Source of the DNA: an uncultured Candidatus Binatia bacterium
GTDB lineage: Bacteria > Desulfobacterota > Binatia > UBA9968 > JAJDTQ01
DNA: 64,000 nucleotides
Reading direction: 5' to 3'
NCBI GenBank assembly: GCA_965204205.1
Contig: OZ241976.1
Coordinates: 1,738,755-1,802,754 of the forward strand
Numbering within the stretch: the stretch's first letter is position 1; every line of letters begins with the position of its first letter. Shown here piece by piece: positions 53,973 to 64,000 of the stretch. Both the position numbers and the translations under genes were made by a program. The notes beneath the pieces were generated by a model, which was not told where the DNA came from, did no database searches, and was given only the letters and a program-made list of their open reading frames with translations.

Positions 53973-54410
53973 TCAGCTATCGAGCTCCGGCTTGGGCAGC
54001 ATCATGTAGGGGATTTGGTCGTCGTCGAGGGATTCCCGCTCCTCCGGGGTGGCGGTGCCGTGGATGGGTCGTTCGTCGGTGTCGCCATCGTGGATGCGGC
54101 GAGCCTCCTCGGCGAAACGCGGGCCCACGTCCTCGTAATTTTTCTGGATGTAGTGGTGGACGCGGACCAGCGCTTCCCTGAACTGCTCGGGCGTGGGCGT
54201 GGCAGCCGCGGGACGCCGCGCGGGCGGCGTCGGGGGCTCCTCGTGCTTCGTGTGCACGGCGCAGGCATGGGGGAGCTTGGTGACGGTAGTGGAGTTGCAT
54301 ACCGGGCAGGCTATCAGGTCCCCGGAGAGTTGCTCCTCGTAGTTCTCCGGTCCCGAAAACCACCCTTCGAAACTGTGGCCATTGTCACATTTGAGATCGT
54401 AAATGACCAT
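53973..54410 (-). CDS. DUF1178-family zinc-ribbon protein
   Basis: Start at MVIYDLKCDNGHSFEGWF. Two CxxC-like pairs (C..GH, CPVC). Confidence 0.7.
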   Translation of the reverse strand: MVIYDLKCDNGHSFEGWFSGPENYEEQLSGDLIACPVCNSTTVTKLPHACAVHTKHEEPPTPPARRPAAATPTPEQFREALVRVHHYIQKNYEDVGPRFAEEARRIHDGDTDERPIHGTATPEERESLDDDQIPYMMLPKPELDS

Positions 54411-54451
54411 GCAACCACCTGTTTCGAAGGTAATCCCGCCTCCTCCGCATG

Positions 54452-55276
54452 TCAAGATCGCAGAAAATCCGTCACCACCCGGACGAACGTGTCCCGTTCC
54501 TCGATCTGCGGCTCATGGGCGGAATCCCGGAAGCGGTACACGCTGGAGCCGGGCACGATGGCCTGCAGCCGCTCGTCCCAGTCGGACTGGTTCAGGGGGT
54601 CGTGATCGCAGGAGATGATGAGCAACGGCACATCCACGCCGGACAGCTGCTTCTTGAACGCCTCCACGGTGGAGCCCCGCTCGAGCCCCGGTCGTTTCAG
54701 GCGCGCCGCGGACAGCGCTTCCCAGGCGCCGGGCTGGATCGAGTCGTTGTAACGCGCCTCCACGCATTCCGGCGTGAGCCACTTCTCGTCGTGGAACAGA
54801 AGCTTCAGGAGCTTGCGCATGTTCTCCAGGCTCGGGGTGTAGTCCTCGATGTCGGCCTGGGAGTCGCTCTTGAAGACCCCGGCGTTGCCGCAGATGGTCA
54901 CCATCTTCTTCATCTTGAGCGGCGACGGGCTGCGCACCGCGCTCCGGAGCAGCGTGCCGCCTCCCGCCGAGTTGCCCACGTAGAAAGCCTCGCCCACGCC
55001 GACAACGTCCATGAGTTGCGCCAGGTGTGTCATCCGGAATCCCGAGGGATCGGAGAAGCTGTAGATCTTGGCCGTGCGTCCGTAGCCCAGCATGTCCGGC
55101 GCAATGATGTGAAAGGTCTCCGCCAGCTTGCCGATGGCCGCGCTCCAGGTGGCCTCGGCAGAGGCGCCGTACTCGCCCCCATGGAGCAGCACCAGGTCCG
55201 GCCCCTCCCCCGCCTCCAGGTAGTGGGTCTCGATGCCGCCGACCCGAAGCGTGCGATGCAGATAGTCCGTGCTCAT
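54452..55276 (-). CDS. Alpha/beta-fold hydrolase
   Basis: 274 aa with nucleophile elbow GNSAGG and an HGG oxyanion motif (LLHGGEYG). It is only the C-terminal part of the 708-aa ORF-track artefact. Confidence 0.85.
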   Translation of the reverse strand: MSTDYLHRTLRVGGIETHYLEAGEGPDLVLLHGGEYGASAEATWSAAIGKLAETFHIIAPDMLGYGRTAKIYSFSDPSGFRMTHLAQLMDVVGVGEAFYVGNSAGGGTLLRSAVRSPSPLKMKKMVTICGNAGVFKSDSQADIEDYTPSLENMRKLLKLLFHDEKWLTPECVEARYNDSIQPGAWEALSAARLKRPGLERGSTVEAFKKQLSGVDVPLLIISCDHDPLNQSDWDERLQAIVPGSSVYRFRDSAHEPQIEERDTFVRVVTDFLRS

Positions 55277-55293
55277 GTTCCTTCCTCCATGCC

Positions 55294-55314
55294 GGGCGGG
55301 TTTGAAACCCGCCC
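55294..55314. repeat. family-B hairpin GGGCGGGTTTGAAACCCGCCC
   Basis: Perfect palindrome between the ggt stop and the hydrolase start. Confidence 0.6.
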
Positions 55315-55335
55315 CGCCCCCTCGCCGCGGCTCGC

Positions 55336-56952
55336 CTACCAGCCCAGCGCGTAGCCGTCCCGGCGTGGATCGGCAGCGGCCATGAGCGTACCGTTCCGCG
55401 GGTCCCTGGCGATGAGCGCGGCTCCGCCGAAGGACCAGGGCTCCACCACGGTCACCGGATGGCCCCTGGCCGCCAGCCCCTCCACCACCTCGTCCGGGAA
55501 TCCCTCCTCCAGCCGCAACATCTGCGGATAGCCGACATTGGGCGGCGTGCCGGGCACGTGACTCCACCGGGGAGCCTCCAGCGCGCACTGGGGGTCCATC
55601 TTCAGGTCCAGCAGGTTGTGCAGGACCTGTACGTTGGTCTGGGGCTGGTCGTCCGCCCCCGGCGTGCCCCCCACCGCCAGGAACTCTCCGTTGTGGAACA
55701 CCATGTAGGAGTTGAGAGTGTGGGCGGGCCGCTTGCCGGGCTGGAGCGCGTTGGCGCTTGCCGGGTCGAGCCTGGCGCTGCACAGGCGGTTGTTCATGAC
55801 GAGGCCGGTATCCCCGGCCACCACCCTGGACCCGAAGACGGAAAAGACGCTCTCGATGAGCGAGATGGCGTTGCCGTCCCCGTCCGCCGCACAGAGGTAG
55901 GTGGTGTCGGCGCCGGCGGCGGCGTAGGACGAGGTCACCGGCCCGGCAGCATCGGCGATTTCCGCGCGGCGCGCGTCCGCGTACTCCCGACTGATAAGGC
56001 GCTGGATTTCCGAATTGCCGAAGCGGGGGTCGCCCAGGTGGCGGATGCGGTCCTCGAAGGCGATTTTCTTGGCCTCCACCATCACGTGGGCCAGCTCGGT
56101 CCGGCTGAGCGCCTTGCAGTCGTAGCCCGCCAGCAGGTTCATCATGGTGAGGACGATGAATCCCTGGGTGACCGGTGGCTGCTCCAGGATCTGGTAACCC
56201 CGGTAATCCGTGCTCAGGGGCTCCATCCACTCGGCGAAGGTTCCCTCCAGGTCCCGTTCCTCGAACAACCCTCCCTGGGCGCGGATGCCGGCGCACATGC
56301 GCGCCGCCACCTCGCCGCCGTAGAAGCCGTCGCGCCCGTCGCGGACGATGGCTTCCAGCACTCCCGCCAACTCCGGCTGCCGCAGCACCCGTCCCGGCGT
56401 GAGATCCTCCAGCGGTTCGCGGAAGTATCGGTGGATGCCGGGCGACGAGGGCGCCCACTCCTGGATGGAGTGGGCCAGAGACAGGTAGAGGGGAAAACCG
56501 TCCCGGGCCAGGGTGATGGCGTCGGCGCAGAGCTCGGCCAAATCGACGGTCCCGTATTGCCGGTGAAGCTCCAGCCATCCTTCCACCGCTCCGGGAATCG
56601 AGATGCTCAACGGCCCTGACGTCGGCACGGCATCCAGGCCGCGGCTCTTGAAGGCCTCGATGGTGGCGTTGCCGGGGGCCGGCCCGCTGGCGTTGAGGGC
56701 CCTCACCCTGCCCTCGTCCTTCATGTAGACCAGCGAGAACATGTCGCCGCCGAGCCCGCAGGCCTCGTGCTTGACCACGGCCAGGACGAAACCGGCGGCC
56801 ACCGCCGCGTCCACGGCATTGCCGCCCCGCTGCATGATCCTGAGGCCGGCCAGGGACGCCAGCGGATGGCCGGCGGCAATGACTCCCTTGGTGCCCATCA
56901 CGAGCGTGCGAGCTGCCCTACCGTGGCGAATCTCATGTAGAGGTTGAGCCAT
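55336..56952 (-). CDS. ggt: Gamma-glutamyltransferase
   Basis: 538 aa in the GGT family, with the autoprocessing Thr in TTYLCAADGDGN. Confidence 0.9.
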   Translation of the reverse strand: MAQPLHEIRHGRAARTLVMGTKGVIAAGHPLASLAGLRIMQRGGNAVDAAVAAGFVLAVVKHEACGLGGDMFSLVYMKDEGRVRALNASGPAPGNATIEAFKSRGLDAVPTSGPLSISIPGAVEGWLELHRQYGTVDLAELCADAITLARDGFPLYLSLAHSIQEWAPSSPGIHRYFREPLEDLTPGRVLRQPELAGVLEAIVRDGRDGFYGGEVAARMCAGIRAQGGLFEERDLEGTFAEWMEPLSTDYRGYQILEQPPVTQGFIVLTMMNLLAGYDCKALSRTELAHVMVEAKKIAFEDRIRHLGDPRFGNSEIQRLISREYADARRAEIADAAGPVTSSYAAAGADTTYLCAADGDGNAISLIESVFSVFGSRVVAGDTGLVMNNRLCSARLDPASANALQPGKRPAHTLNSYMVFHNGEFLAVGGTPGADDQPQTNVQVLHNLLDLKMDPQCALEAPRWSHVPGTPPNVGYPQMLRLEEGFPDEVVEGLAARGHPVTVVEPWSFGGAALIARDPRNGTLMAAADPRRDGYALGW

Positions 56953-56980
56953 GATCGCTGTTCTCCCGGGGTGTTGAATG

Positions 56981-57024
56981 GCGTCCTGAGCGTAGCGAGG
57001 CGTAGCCGAGCGAAGTCGAAGGAC
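56981..57024. repeat. family-A repeat (CGTCCTGAGCGTAGCGAGGCGTAGCCGAGCGAAGTCGAAGGACG)
   Basis: Palindromic. Lies between the ggt start and the amidohydrolase stop. Confidence 0.6.
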
Positions 57025-57054
57025 GCCCCTTATTCCATTCTCGATCTGCCACCG

Positions 57055-58086
57055 CTACGAGCCGCGTTCCTCGATGTGCAGGATGCGGGCGGCGTTGCCG
57101 CCCAGTATCCGTTCCTTCGCCTCCGGCTCCAGTCCCAAGTCGTCGAGGGCCTTGAGGCTGTTCCGTATGAAGCCGCAGCCGTCTTCCGGCCCGTAGGGGT
57201 AGTTGGTCCCGAACACCAACTGCTCCGGTCCGAAGAAGTCCATCACGCACTTGAGCGTGTTGGCGCGATGGTCCGCGGTGTCCACGAAGAACTTGCGAAA
57301 CGAGTCCAGCGGGTTCTCCTGGAGACCATAGCGCTCGCGCATCTCGTCGGTCCGGCCCGTGTAAATGTTGATGGCTCGCTGCCCGAAGAAGGCCAGCACG
57401 CCGCCCACGTCGGCCACCACGAAGGGCAGGGTCGGGAAGCGCTCGATCACCCGCCCGTACACCAGCCGGGTCATGGCGACGGTGCTGTCGAAGGCCCAGC
57501 CGTAGATCAGGATCGGCATGATGTCGAGGCCTACCGCCTCGGTGGCGAGCGGTGCGGTGGGATGAAGGTACACGGGAAGGTCGTACTCCGCCAGCTTCTC
57601 GTAGATGGGGAAGAAAGCCTCGTCGTCCAGCGGCCGGCCGTTGAGATTGGTGAAACAGCCGAACCCGCGGAGGCCCAGTTCCTGGACCGCCCGGTCGAGC
57701 TCCTCCAGCGACGCCCCGATGGAGGCCGTGGGCAGGGTCGCCAGCCCGACGAAGCGGTCCGAATGCCGGCGGCACATCTCGGCCACCTCGTCGTTGGCCA
57801 CCCGGGCCATGGCCACGGCGTCATCGGGCTCGTAGCGGTCCGCGCCCGGCGCCGGAATGCTCACCACCTGCACGTCCACTCCCTCGCGGTCCATGTGCTC
57901 AAGCCGCTGCTCGACGTTCCGGCCCTTGAAGATCGCCGTGTTGATGCGGCACCCCAGGGTCTTGTCGTAGAGGTAAGCCATGCCGCTGTAGGGATCCGGC
58001 TCCTCCAGGATCACGGCGCCGTCCCGCTCGTGCATGGTCTGCATGTAATGCTCGGGGAAGATATGGCTTTGGAAGTCTATGATCAT
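57055..58086 (-). CDS. Amidohydrolase-2 family protein (ACMSD-like metal-dependent hydrolase/decarboxylase)
   Basis: 343 aa in the amidohydrolase_2 fold. A second member of this family in the window. Confidence 0.85.
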   Translation of the reverse strand: MIIDFQSHIFPEHYMQTMHERDGAVILEEPDPYSGMAYLYDKTLGCRINTAIFKGRNVEQRLEHMDREGVDVQVVSIPAPGADRYEPDDAVAMARVANDEVAEMCRRHSDRFVGLATLPTASIGASLEELDRAVQELGLRGFGCFTNLNGRPLDDEAFFPIYEKLAEYDLPVYLHPTAPLATEAVGLDIMPILIYGWAFDSTVAMTRLVYGRVIERFPTLPFVVADVGGVLAFFGQRAINIYTGRTDEMRERYGLQENPLDSFRKFFVDTADHRANTLKCVMDFFGPEQLVFGTNYPYGPEDGCGFIRNSLKALDDLGLEPEAKERILGGNAARILHIEERGS

Positions 58087-58119
58087 GGCTTCTTTTCCGG
58101 AAGGTCGAGCCCGTGGACC

Positions 58120-58335
58120 TCAGAGCCCGCGCACGACACGCGGAAACCCTTGTGGCGACTCCGGTTCCGACTTGACGGTGCGGGAGCCCACCGAACTGCC
58201 GCAACGCTGGCAACTGTAGTCGTAGAGGTCGCCGTCGGGAAGGACCACCAGCAGCCGTTCGCGGACCGGCATCGCCTGCCCGCACTTGTTGCAGTAGAGC
58301 AACGACGCCGACAGCTGTTCGAAGCTCTTCTCCAT
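58120..58335 (-). CDS. Small zinc-ribbon hypothetical protein (CNKC...CQRC)
   Basis: 71 aa with good GC3 bias and two CxxC pairs. Ends 33 nt before the amidohydrolase start. Confidence 0.5.
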   Translation of the reverse strand: MEKSFEQLSASLLYCNKCGQAMPVRERLLVVLPDGDLYDYSCQRCGSSVGSRTVKSEPESPQGFPRVVRGL

Positions 58336-58360
58336 CGCAGGCCTCAGGCCGGACGCGGCG

Positions 58361-60442
58361 CTAGTCTCCCGCGGCCTCGGCCTTGGCTTCGGCCTGCACC
58401 TTCTCCATCAGGTGCGGCGGCAACTCCTCGTAGTGGGAGAACTCGGACTGGAACTCTCCCCTGCCGCTGGTCATGGAGCGGAGATCCGAGGCATAGCGGA
58501 GCACCTCCGCCATGGGAACCTGGGCCTTGATGATCTGGCTGTGGCCCTTGGCGTCCACGCCCAGGACCTTGCCGCGGCGGCTGTTCAGGTCGCCGATGAC
58601 GTCCCCCATGCACTCGTCGGGCACCGACACCTCCATGGACATCACCGGTTCCAGGATCACCGGCTTGGCGGCTTCCATGGCGTTCTTGAAGCCCATGGAG
58701 GCGGCGATCTTGAACGCCATGTCCGAGGAGTCCACCGAGTGGAACGAGCCGTCGTAGAGGGTCGCGCGCACGTCCATGATGGGATAGCCGGCCAGATAGC
58801 CGCCCGACATGGTCTCGACGATGCCCTTCTCCACCGCGGGGATGTAGTTGCGCGGGATGGCGCCGCCGACGATCTTGTCGACGAACTCGAACCCCTTGCC
58901 CCGCGCCATGGGCTCGATCTTGAGCCAGGTGTCGCCGTATTGGCCGCGCCCGCCGGACTGCTTCTTGTATTTTCCCTGGGCGCTGGCGGATGCCCGGATG
59001 GTTTCGCGGTAGGGAACCTTGGGCGCCTTGAGCTCCACCTCCGCGCCGTACTTGCGCTTGAGCTTGTCCACCACCACCTCGATGTGGAGCTGGCCGGTGC
59101 CCGAGAGGATGAACTCGCGGGTCTGGTCGTCGCGGTGCATGCGGATGGACGGGTCCTCCTCCATCAACCGCTGGAGCCCCTGCGGGACCTTGTCCTCGTC
59201 CGCCCGGGTCTTGGGGGAGAGCGCGAAGGAAATGGACGGGCTGAACTCCACCGGCCTGGGGTACTCGATGGGGGCCGACTCCTCGCACAGCGTGTCGCCG
59301 GAAGCCACGTCCTTGAGCTTGGCGGCGGCCACGATCTCGCCGACGCCCGCCGCGGAAACCTCTTCCTGCTTGGCCCCCTCCGGCCGGAACAGGTGGGTGA
59401 TCCTCTCCTTGGCGTCCTTGCGCGGGTTGTACACCGTGCTGTCGGCGCGCACCGTGCCCGACAAGACCCTCATGATGGACAGGCGGCCGGCGAACGGATC
59501 GACGATGGTCTTGAACACGAACGCGGAAAGCGGAGCGTCCGCGGCCTTGGCGCGGGACTCGTCCTCTCCCGATACCGGGTTCTTGCCATCGGCCGCCGGC
59601 TCGTCGAGCGGCGAAGGCAGCCATTCCACCACCGCGTCGAGCAGCGCCGCGACGCCCGCCCCGCGGCCCGCCGAGCCGTAGAGGACCGGGAACAGCGTTC
59701 CGGCCCGGACCCCCTCGCGGAGTCCGTCCGACATCTCCTCGGCGGTGAGCTCCTGGCCCTCGAGGTACTTCTCGAGCAGGGCGTCCTGGGTTTCGGCCAC
59801 GTTTTCCATGAGAGTGATTCTCATTTCCTCGGCCCGTTCCTGGAACTCCGCGGGGACGTCCTCCTCGCTCTCCTTGCCGTTGCCGTCCACTGACACCGCC
59901 TTCATGCGGATCAGGTCGACAACCCCGCGAAAGCTCTCGCCGTGGCCCATGGGAAGCTGCACGTGGATGCCCTTGACGCCCAGCGCCTCGGCGATGGCGT
60001 CCACCGCCGCCACCGGATCGGCTTCCTCCCGGTCCATGCGGTTGACGAAGAAAATGCGCGGCAGGTCGCGCTCCGCGGCATAGCCCCAGAGCCGCTCCGT
60101 CTCCACGCGCAGGCCGGCGCCGGCGTGAAGCACGAAGACCGCCCCGCCGAAACCCGCCAGGGAATGAACCGTCTCCGGCAGGAAGGTGGCGAAACCAGGG
60201 GTGTCCACCACGACGCAGGTGTTCTTATTCCATTCGAGAGAGTGGAATCCCGTGGAGATGGAAACCTGCCGGTTGATCTCCTCGGGCTCGTGGTCGAACG
60301 CCGAGGTCCCGTCTTCGACCCGGCCCAGCCGGTTCGTACGGCCTGCCGCGAACAACATCGCCTCGCCGAGCGAGGTTTTTCCCGCCCCCCGATGCCCCAG
60401 CAATCCTACGTTCCGCAACTGGGCAGCCTCAATCGCAGCCAT
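58361..60442 (-). CDS. Elongation factor G paralog (EF-G2-like translational GTPase)
   Basis: G-domain motifs GHRGAGKTS and DTPG, with full EF-G domain set. True start at MAAIEAAQL (60440-60442). It is not located in a str operon. Confidence 0.9.
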   Translation of the reverse strand: MAAIEAAQLRNVGLLGHRGAGKTSLGEAMLFAAGRTNRLGRVEDGTSAFDHEPEEINRQVSISTGFHSLEWNKNTCVVVDTPGFATFLPETVHSLAGFGGAVFVLHAGAGLRVETERLWGYAAERDLPRIFFVNRMDREEADPVAAVDAIAEALGVKGIHVQLPMGHGESFRGVVDLIRMKAVSVDGNGKESEEDVPAEFQERAEEMRITLMENVAETQDALLEKYLEGQELTAEEMSDGLREGVRAGTLFPVLYGSAGRGAGVAALLDAVVEWLPSPLDEPAADGKNPVSGEDESRAKAADAPLSAFVFKTIVDPFAGRLSIMRVLSGTVRADSTVYNPRKDAKERITHLFRPEGAKQEEVSAAGVGEIVAAAKLKDVASGDTLCEESAPIEYPRPVEFSPSISFALSPKTRADEDKVPQGLQRLMEEDPSIRMHRDDQTREFILSGTGQLHIEVVVDKLKRKYGAEVELKAPKVPYRETIRASASAQGKYKKQSGGRGQYGDTWLKIEPMARGKGFEFVDKIVGGAIPRNYIPAVEKGIVETMSGGYLAGYPIMDVRATLYDGSFHSVDSSDMAFKIAASMGFKNAMEAAKPVILEPVMSMEVSVPDECMGDVIGDLNSRRGKVLGVDAKGHSQIIKAQVPMAEVLRYASDLRSMTSGRGEFQSEFSHYEELPPHLMEKVQAEAKAEAAGD

Positions 60443-60472
60443 GTGTCGACCTCCCCTTGAACTGACTTCCTC

Positions 60473-60585
60473 GTCCTTCGACTTCGCGACGCTGCGCGTC
60501 GCTACGCTCGGGACGAACGGAGGGCGCCTTTGCAACCGTTCGTCCCGAGCGTAGCGGGGCGTCAGCCGAGCGAAGTCGAAGGACG
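60473..60585. repeat. family-A MITE-like nested palindromic element (about 113 bp)
   Basis: Outer TIRs CGTCCTTCGACTTCGC / GCGAAGTCGAAGGACG. Inner arms CGCTACGCTCGGGACGAACGG / CCGTTCGTCCCGAGCGTAGCG. Confidence 0.65.
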
Positions 60586-60611
60586 CGATTCCATTGGACT
60601 CGGACGGGCTC

Positions 60612-61403
60612 CTACGACCTCCGCTTGCGCGCCGAGGGAGCCGCGTTCTTCTCGTAAATAAGCCGTAACCCTTCCAACGTCAAGAATTCGTCCACGTCCT
60701 CGATGACCGTGGATTCGTGGGCAATGAGCGACGCCACGCCGCCGGTCGCCACCACCTTTGCCTTGATCCGGTTCTCTCTCTCGATGCGATGCACGATGCC
60801 GTCCACCAGGCCCACGTAGCCGTAGTAGATGCCCGACTGGATGGAGTGGACGGTGGATTTGCCGATGACGCTCGAAGGACACACGACCTCCACCCGCGGA
60901 AGCTTCGAGGCGCGCTGAAACAGCGCTTCGACGGCGATCATCAGGCCGGGGGCGATCAGACCCCCCAAGTACTCCCCCTTGTCGGACACGCAGTCGAAGG
61001 TCGTGGCGGTGCCGAAGTCGATGACCACGCAGGCGGCGCCGAAGCGGTCATAGGCGGCGACCCCGTTGGCGATCCGGTCCGCGCCGACGTCCTGGGGACT
61101 GTCGTAGAGGATCGGCATTCCGGTCCTGAGCCCCGGGCCCACCAGCAACGGCTTGACGCCGAAGAACTTCCGCCCCAACTCATCGATCATCCCCACCATG
61201 GGGGGAACGACGCAGGAAACGATGATGGCGTCGATGGCGTCGCTGCCAATGTCCTGGGCGGCGGCCAGATGACCGATGAGCGCACCGTATTCGTCCACCG
61301 TGCGTTCAGGCTGGGTCACCAGGCGCCAGTGCGTCACCAGCTCCCGGCCCCGGTAGACACCCAGCACCATGTTGCTGTTTCCGATGTCGATGGCCAGCAG
61401 CAT
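60612..61403 (-). CDS. coaX: Type III pantothenate kinase
   Basis: 263 aa with N-terminal LAIDIGNS and an ASKHA fold. Confidence 0.9.
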   Translation of the reverse strand: MLLAIDIGNSNMVLGVYRGRELVTHWRLVTQPERTVDEYGALIGHLAAAQDIGSDAIDAIIVSCVVPPMVGMIDELGRKFFGVKPLLVGPGLRTGMPILYDSPQDVGADRIANGVAAYDRFGAACVVIDFGTATTFDCVSDKGEYLGGLIAPGLMIAVEALFQRASKLPRVEVVCPSSVIGKSTVHSIQSGIYYGYVGLVDGIVHRIERENRIKAKVVATGGVASLIAHESTVIEDVDEFLTLEGLRLIYEKNAAPSARKRRS

Positions 61404-62249
61404 CTAGTGTCCTTCCTCCGACACCTGTTTTCCTTCCATCAGGAAGACATCCCCGCTCACCACCCGCTCGGTACGGCCGTCGCGGCACTCCAGCACCAGG
61501 AACCCGTTGTCGTCCAGCTCCCGCACCCGCCCCACCAGCTCCTCGTCCGGCATGCGCGCGCGCACCCACTGCCCATCCATGCGCGCGTACTGGTTCCATC
61601 GCTCCGCGATGGGCGCGAACCCGCGCTCCTCGAGCTCGATATAGCGGTTCTCCAGGTGGCGCACCAGAGACTGCGTGAACCGCACCCGGTCGACAGCGTT
61701 TCCGCGCTCTTCCATCACCGAGGTGGCGAGGTCGCGGATATCCGGAGACATGAGCGCCCGCGGAAAGTTCAGGTTGACGCCGATGCCGACGATGACGAAC
61801 AGGGTGCGGCCGGGTTCACAGGCCAGCTCGCTCAGGATACCCGCCACCTTCCTGTCGCGAAGCAACACGTCGTTGGGCCACTTGATCCGGGGTGCGCACG
61901 GCACCTGCTCCTCCACGGTCTCCGCCACCGCCACGGCGGCCAGCAGCGTGGTCTTCGCCGACTCCGCCGGGTCCAGCCTGGGGCGCAGGATGAAGGAAAC
62001 GTAAAGGTTGAGATGCGGGGGGGACACCCAGTGCCGTCCCAGCCTGCCCTGTCCCCGGGTCTGAGCCTCGGCGATGACGACGGCCCCTTCCGGCTCGCCC
62101 GCTTCCGCCAGCGCGTGGGCCGTCCGGTTGGTGGATTCCAACTCCGGATACACGTCGATGCGGCCGCCCAACCGGCGGGTTCCCAAGCCCTGACGTAGCC
62201 GGGCGGCACTCAGCGCGTCGCCGCCGGGGTGCTGCTGTGCGGAAGACAT
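61404..62249 (-). CDS. birA: Biotin-[acetyl-CoA-carboxylase] ligase
   Basis: BirA catalytic GRGRxGRxW motif (GQGRLGRHW) and KWPND. Start at MSSAQQ. The stop abuts the coaX start. Confidence 0.85.
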   Translation of the reverse strand: MSSAQQHPGGDALSAARLRQGLGTRRLGGRIDVYPELESTNRTAHALAEAGEPEGAVVIAEAQTRGQGRLGRHWVSPPHLNLYVSFILRPRLDPAESAKTTLLAAVAVAETVEEQVPCAPRIKWPNDVLLRDRKVAGILSELACEPGRTLFVIVGIGVNLNFPRALMSPDIRDLATSVMEERGNAVDRVRFTQSLVRHLENRYIELEERGFAPIAERWNQYARMDGQWVRARMPDEELVGRVRELDDNGFLVLECRDGRTERVVSGDVFLMEGKQVSEEGH

Positions 62250-62295
62250 GATACGGAGACCGGCGCGGGGGCTTGCCCGGGCGAGCGCGCCACGG

Positions 62296-64000
<1,705 letters not shown>

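Noticed and set aside
54452-56578. 708-aa ORF
   Set aside because: Alternate frame through ggt. Only the last 274 aa (alpha/beta hydrolase, start MSTDY) are genuine.

Overview
The window is a high-GC (about 65%) bacterial chromosome segment with 60+ protein-coding genes and no rRNA, tRNA or CRISPR. Genome-wide antisense and alternate-frame ORFs are GC-driven artefacts.

First third (1-21 kb): a catabolic/accessory-looking block.
- A ThiY/NMT1-type ABC importer on the minus strand with a near-consensus sigma70 promoter.
- A UbiD-family decarboxylase, an LLM flavin oxidoreductase and an orphan xanthine-dehydrogenase-family molybdenum subunit.
- A divergent 12.5-kb plus-strand operon:
  - a Tat-secreted Dpp-like ABC importer,
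  - an ACMSD-type amidohydrolase, a CADD/PqqC-like diiron protein, a kynurenine-formamidase-like cyclase and a DapA-family aldolase,
  - a small ORF, an SQR-like flavoprotein, a persulfide-dioxygenase-rhodanese fusion and a small 4-Cys ORF.

Most striking: the SQR-like gene ends at an in-frame TGA (19369-19371).
- The same frame stays open for 53 more codons.
- Those codons encode an SQR-like amphipathic tail.
- A GC hairpin sits 10 nt after the UGA.
- This fits a selenocysteine-recoded SQR, or else a nonsense pseudogene.

Remainder (21-64 kb): mostly minus-strand housekeeping genes.
- miaB, hom, recG, carAB, lepB-lepA, ugd, mtnP, rlmN and ndk-sucDC-mdh-icd.
- A complete System I ccmABCDEFGH(I) operon on the plus strand, with an unlisted ccmD.
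- A flavin reductase-DUF1178-hydrolase-ggt-amidohydrolase cluster, an EF-G paralog, coaX-birA and partial valS.

Two abundant intergenic palindromic repeat families punctuate the housekeeping arrays.
- A MITE-like nested palindrome with TIR 'CGTCCTTCGACTTCGC'.
- A 'GGGCGGGTTTGAAACCCGCCC' hairpin.
- They get translated into spurious N-terminal extensions ('LSLSKGSG', 'AKSKD').
- Two copies supply stop codons.

An AT-rich 26-bp-arm palindrome sits in a CA-rich non-coding gap at about 21.2 kb.
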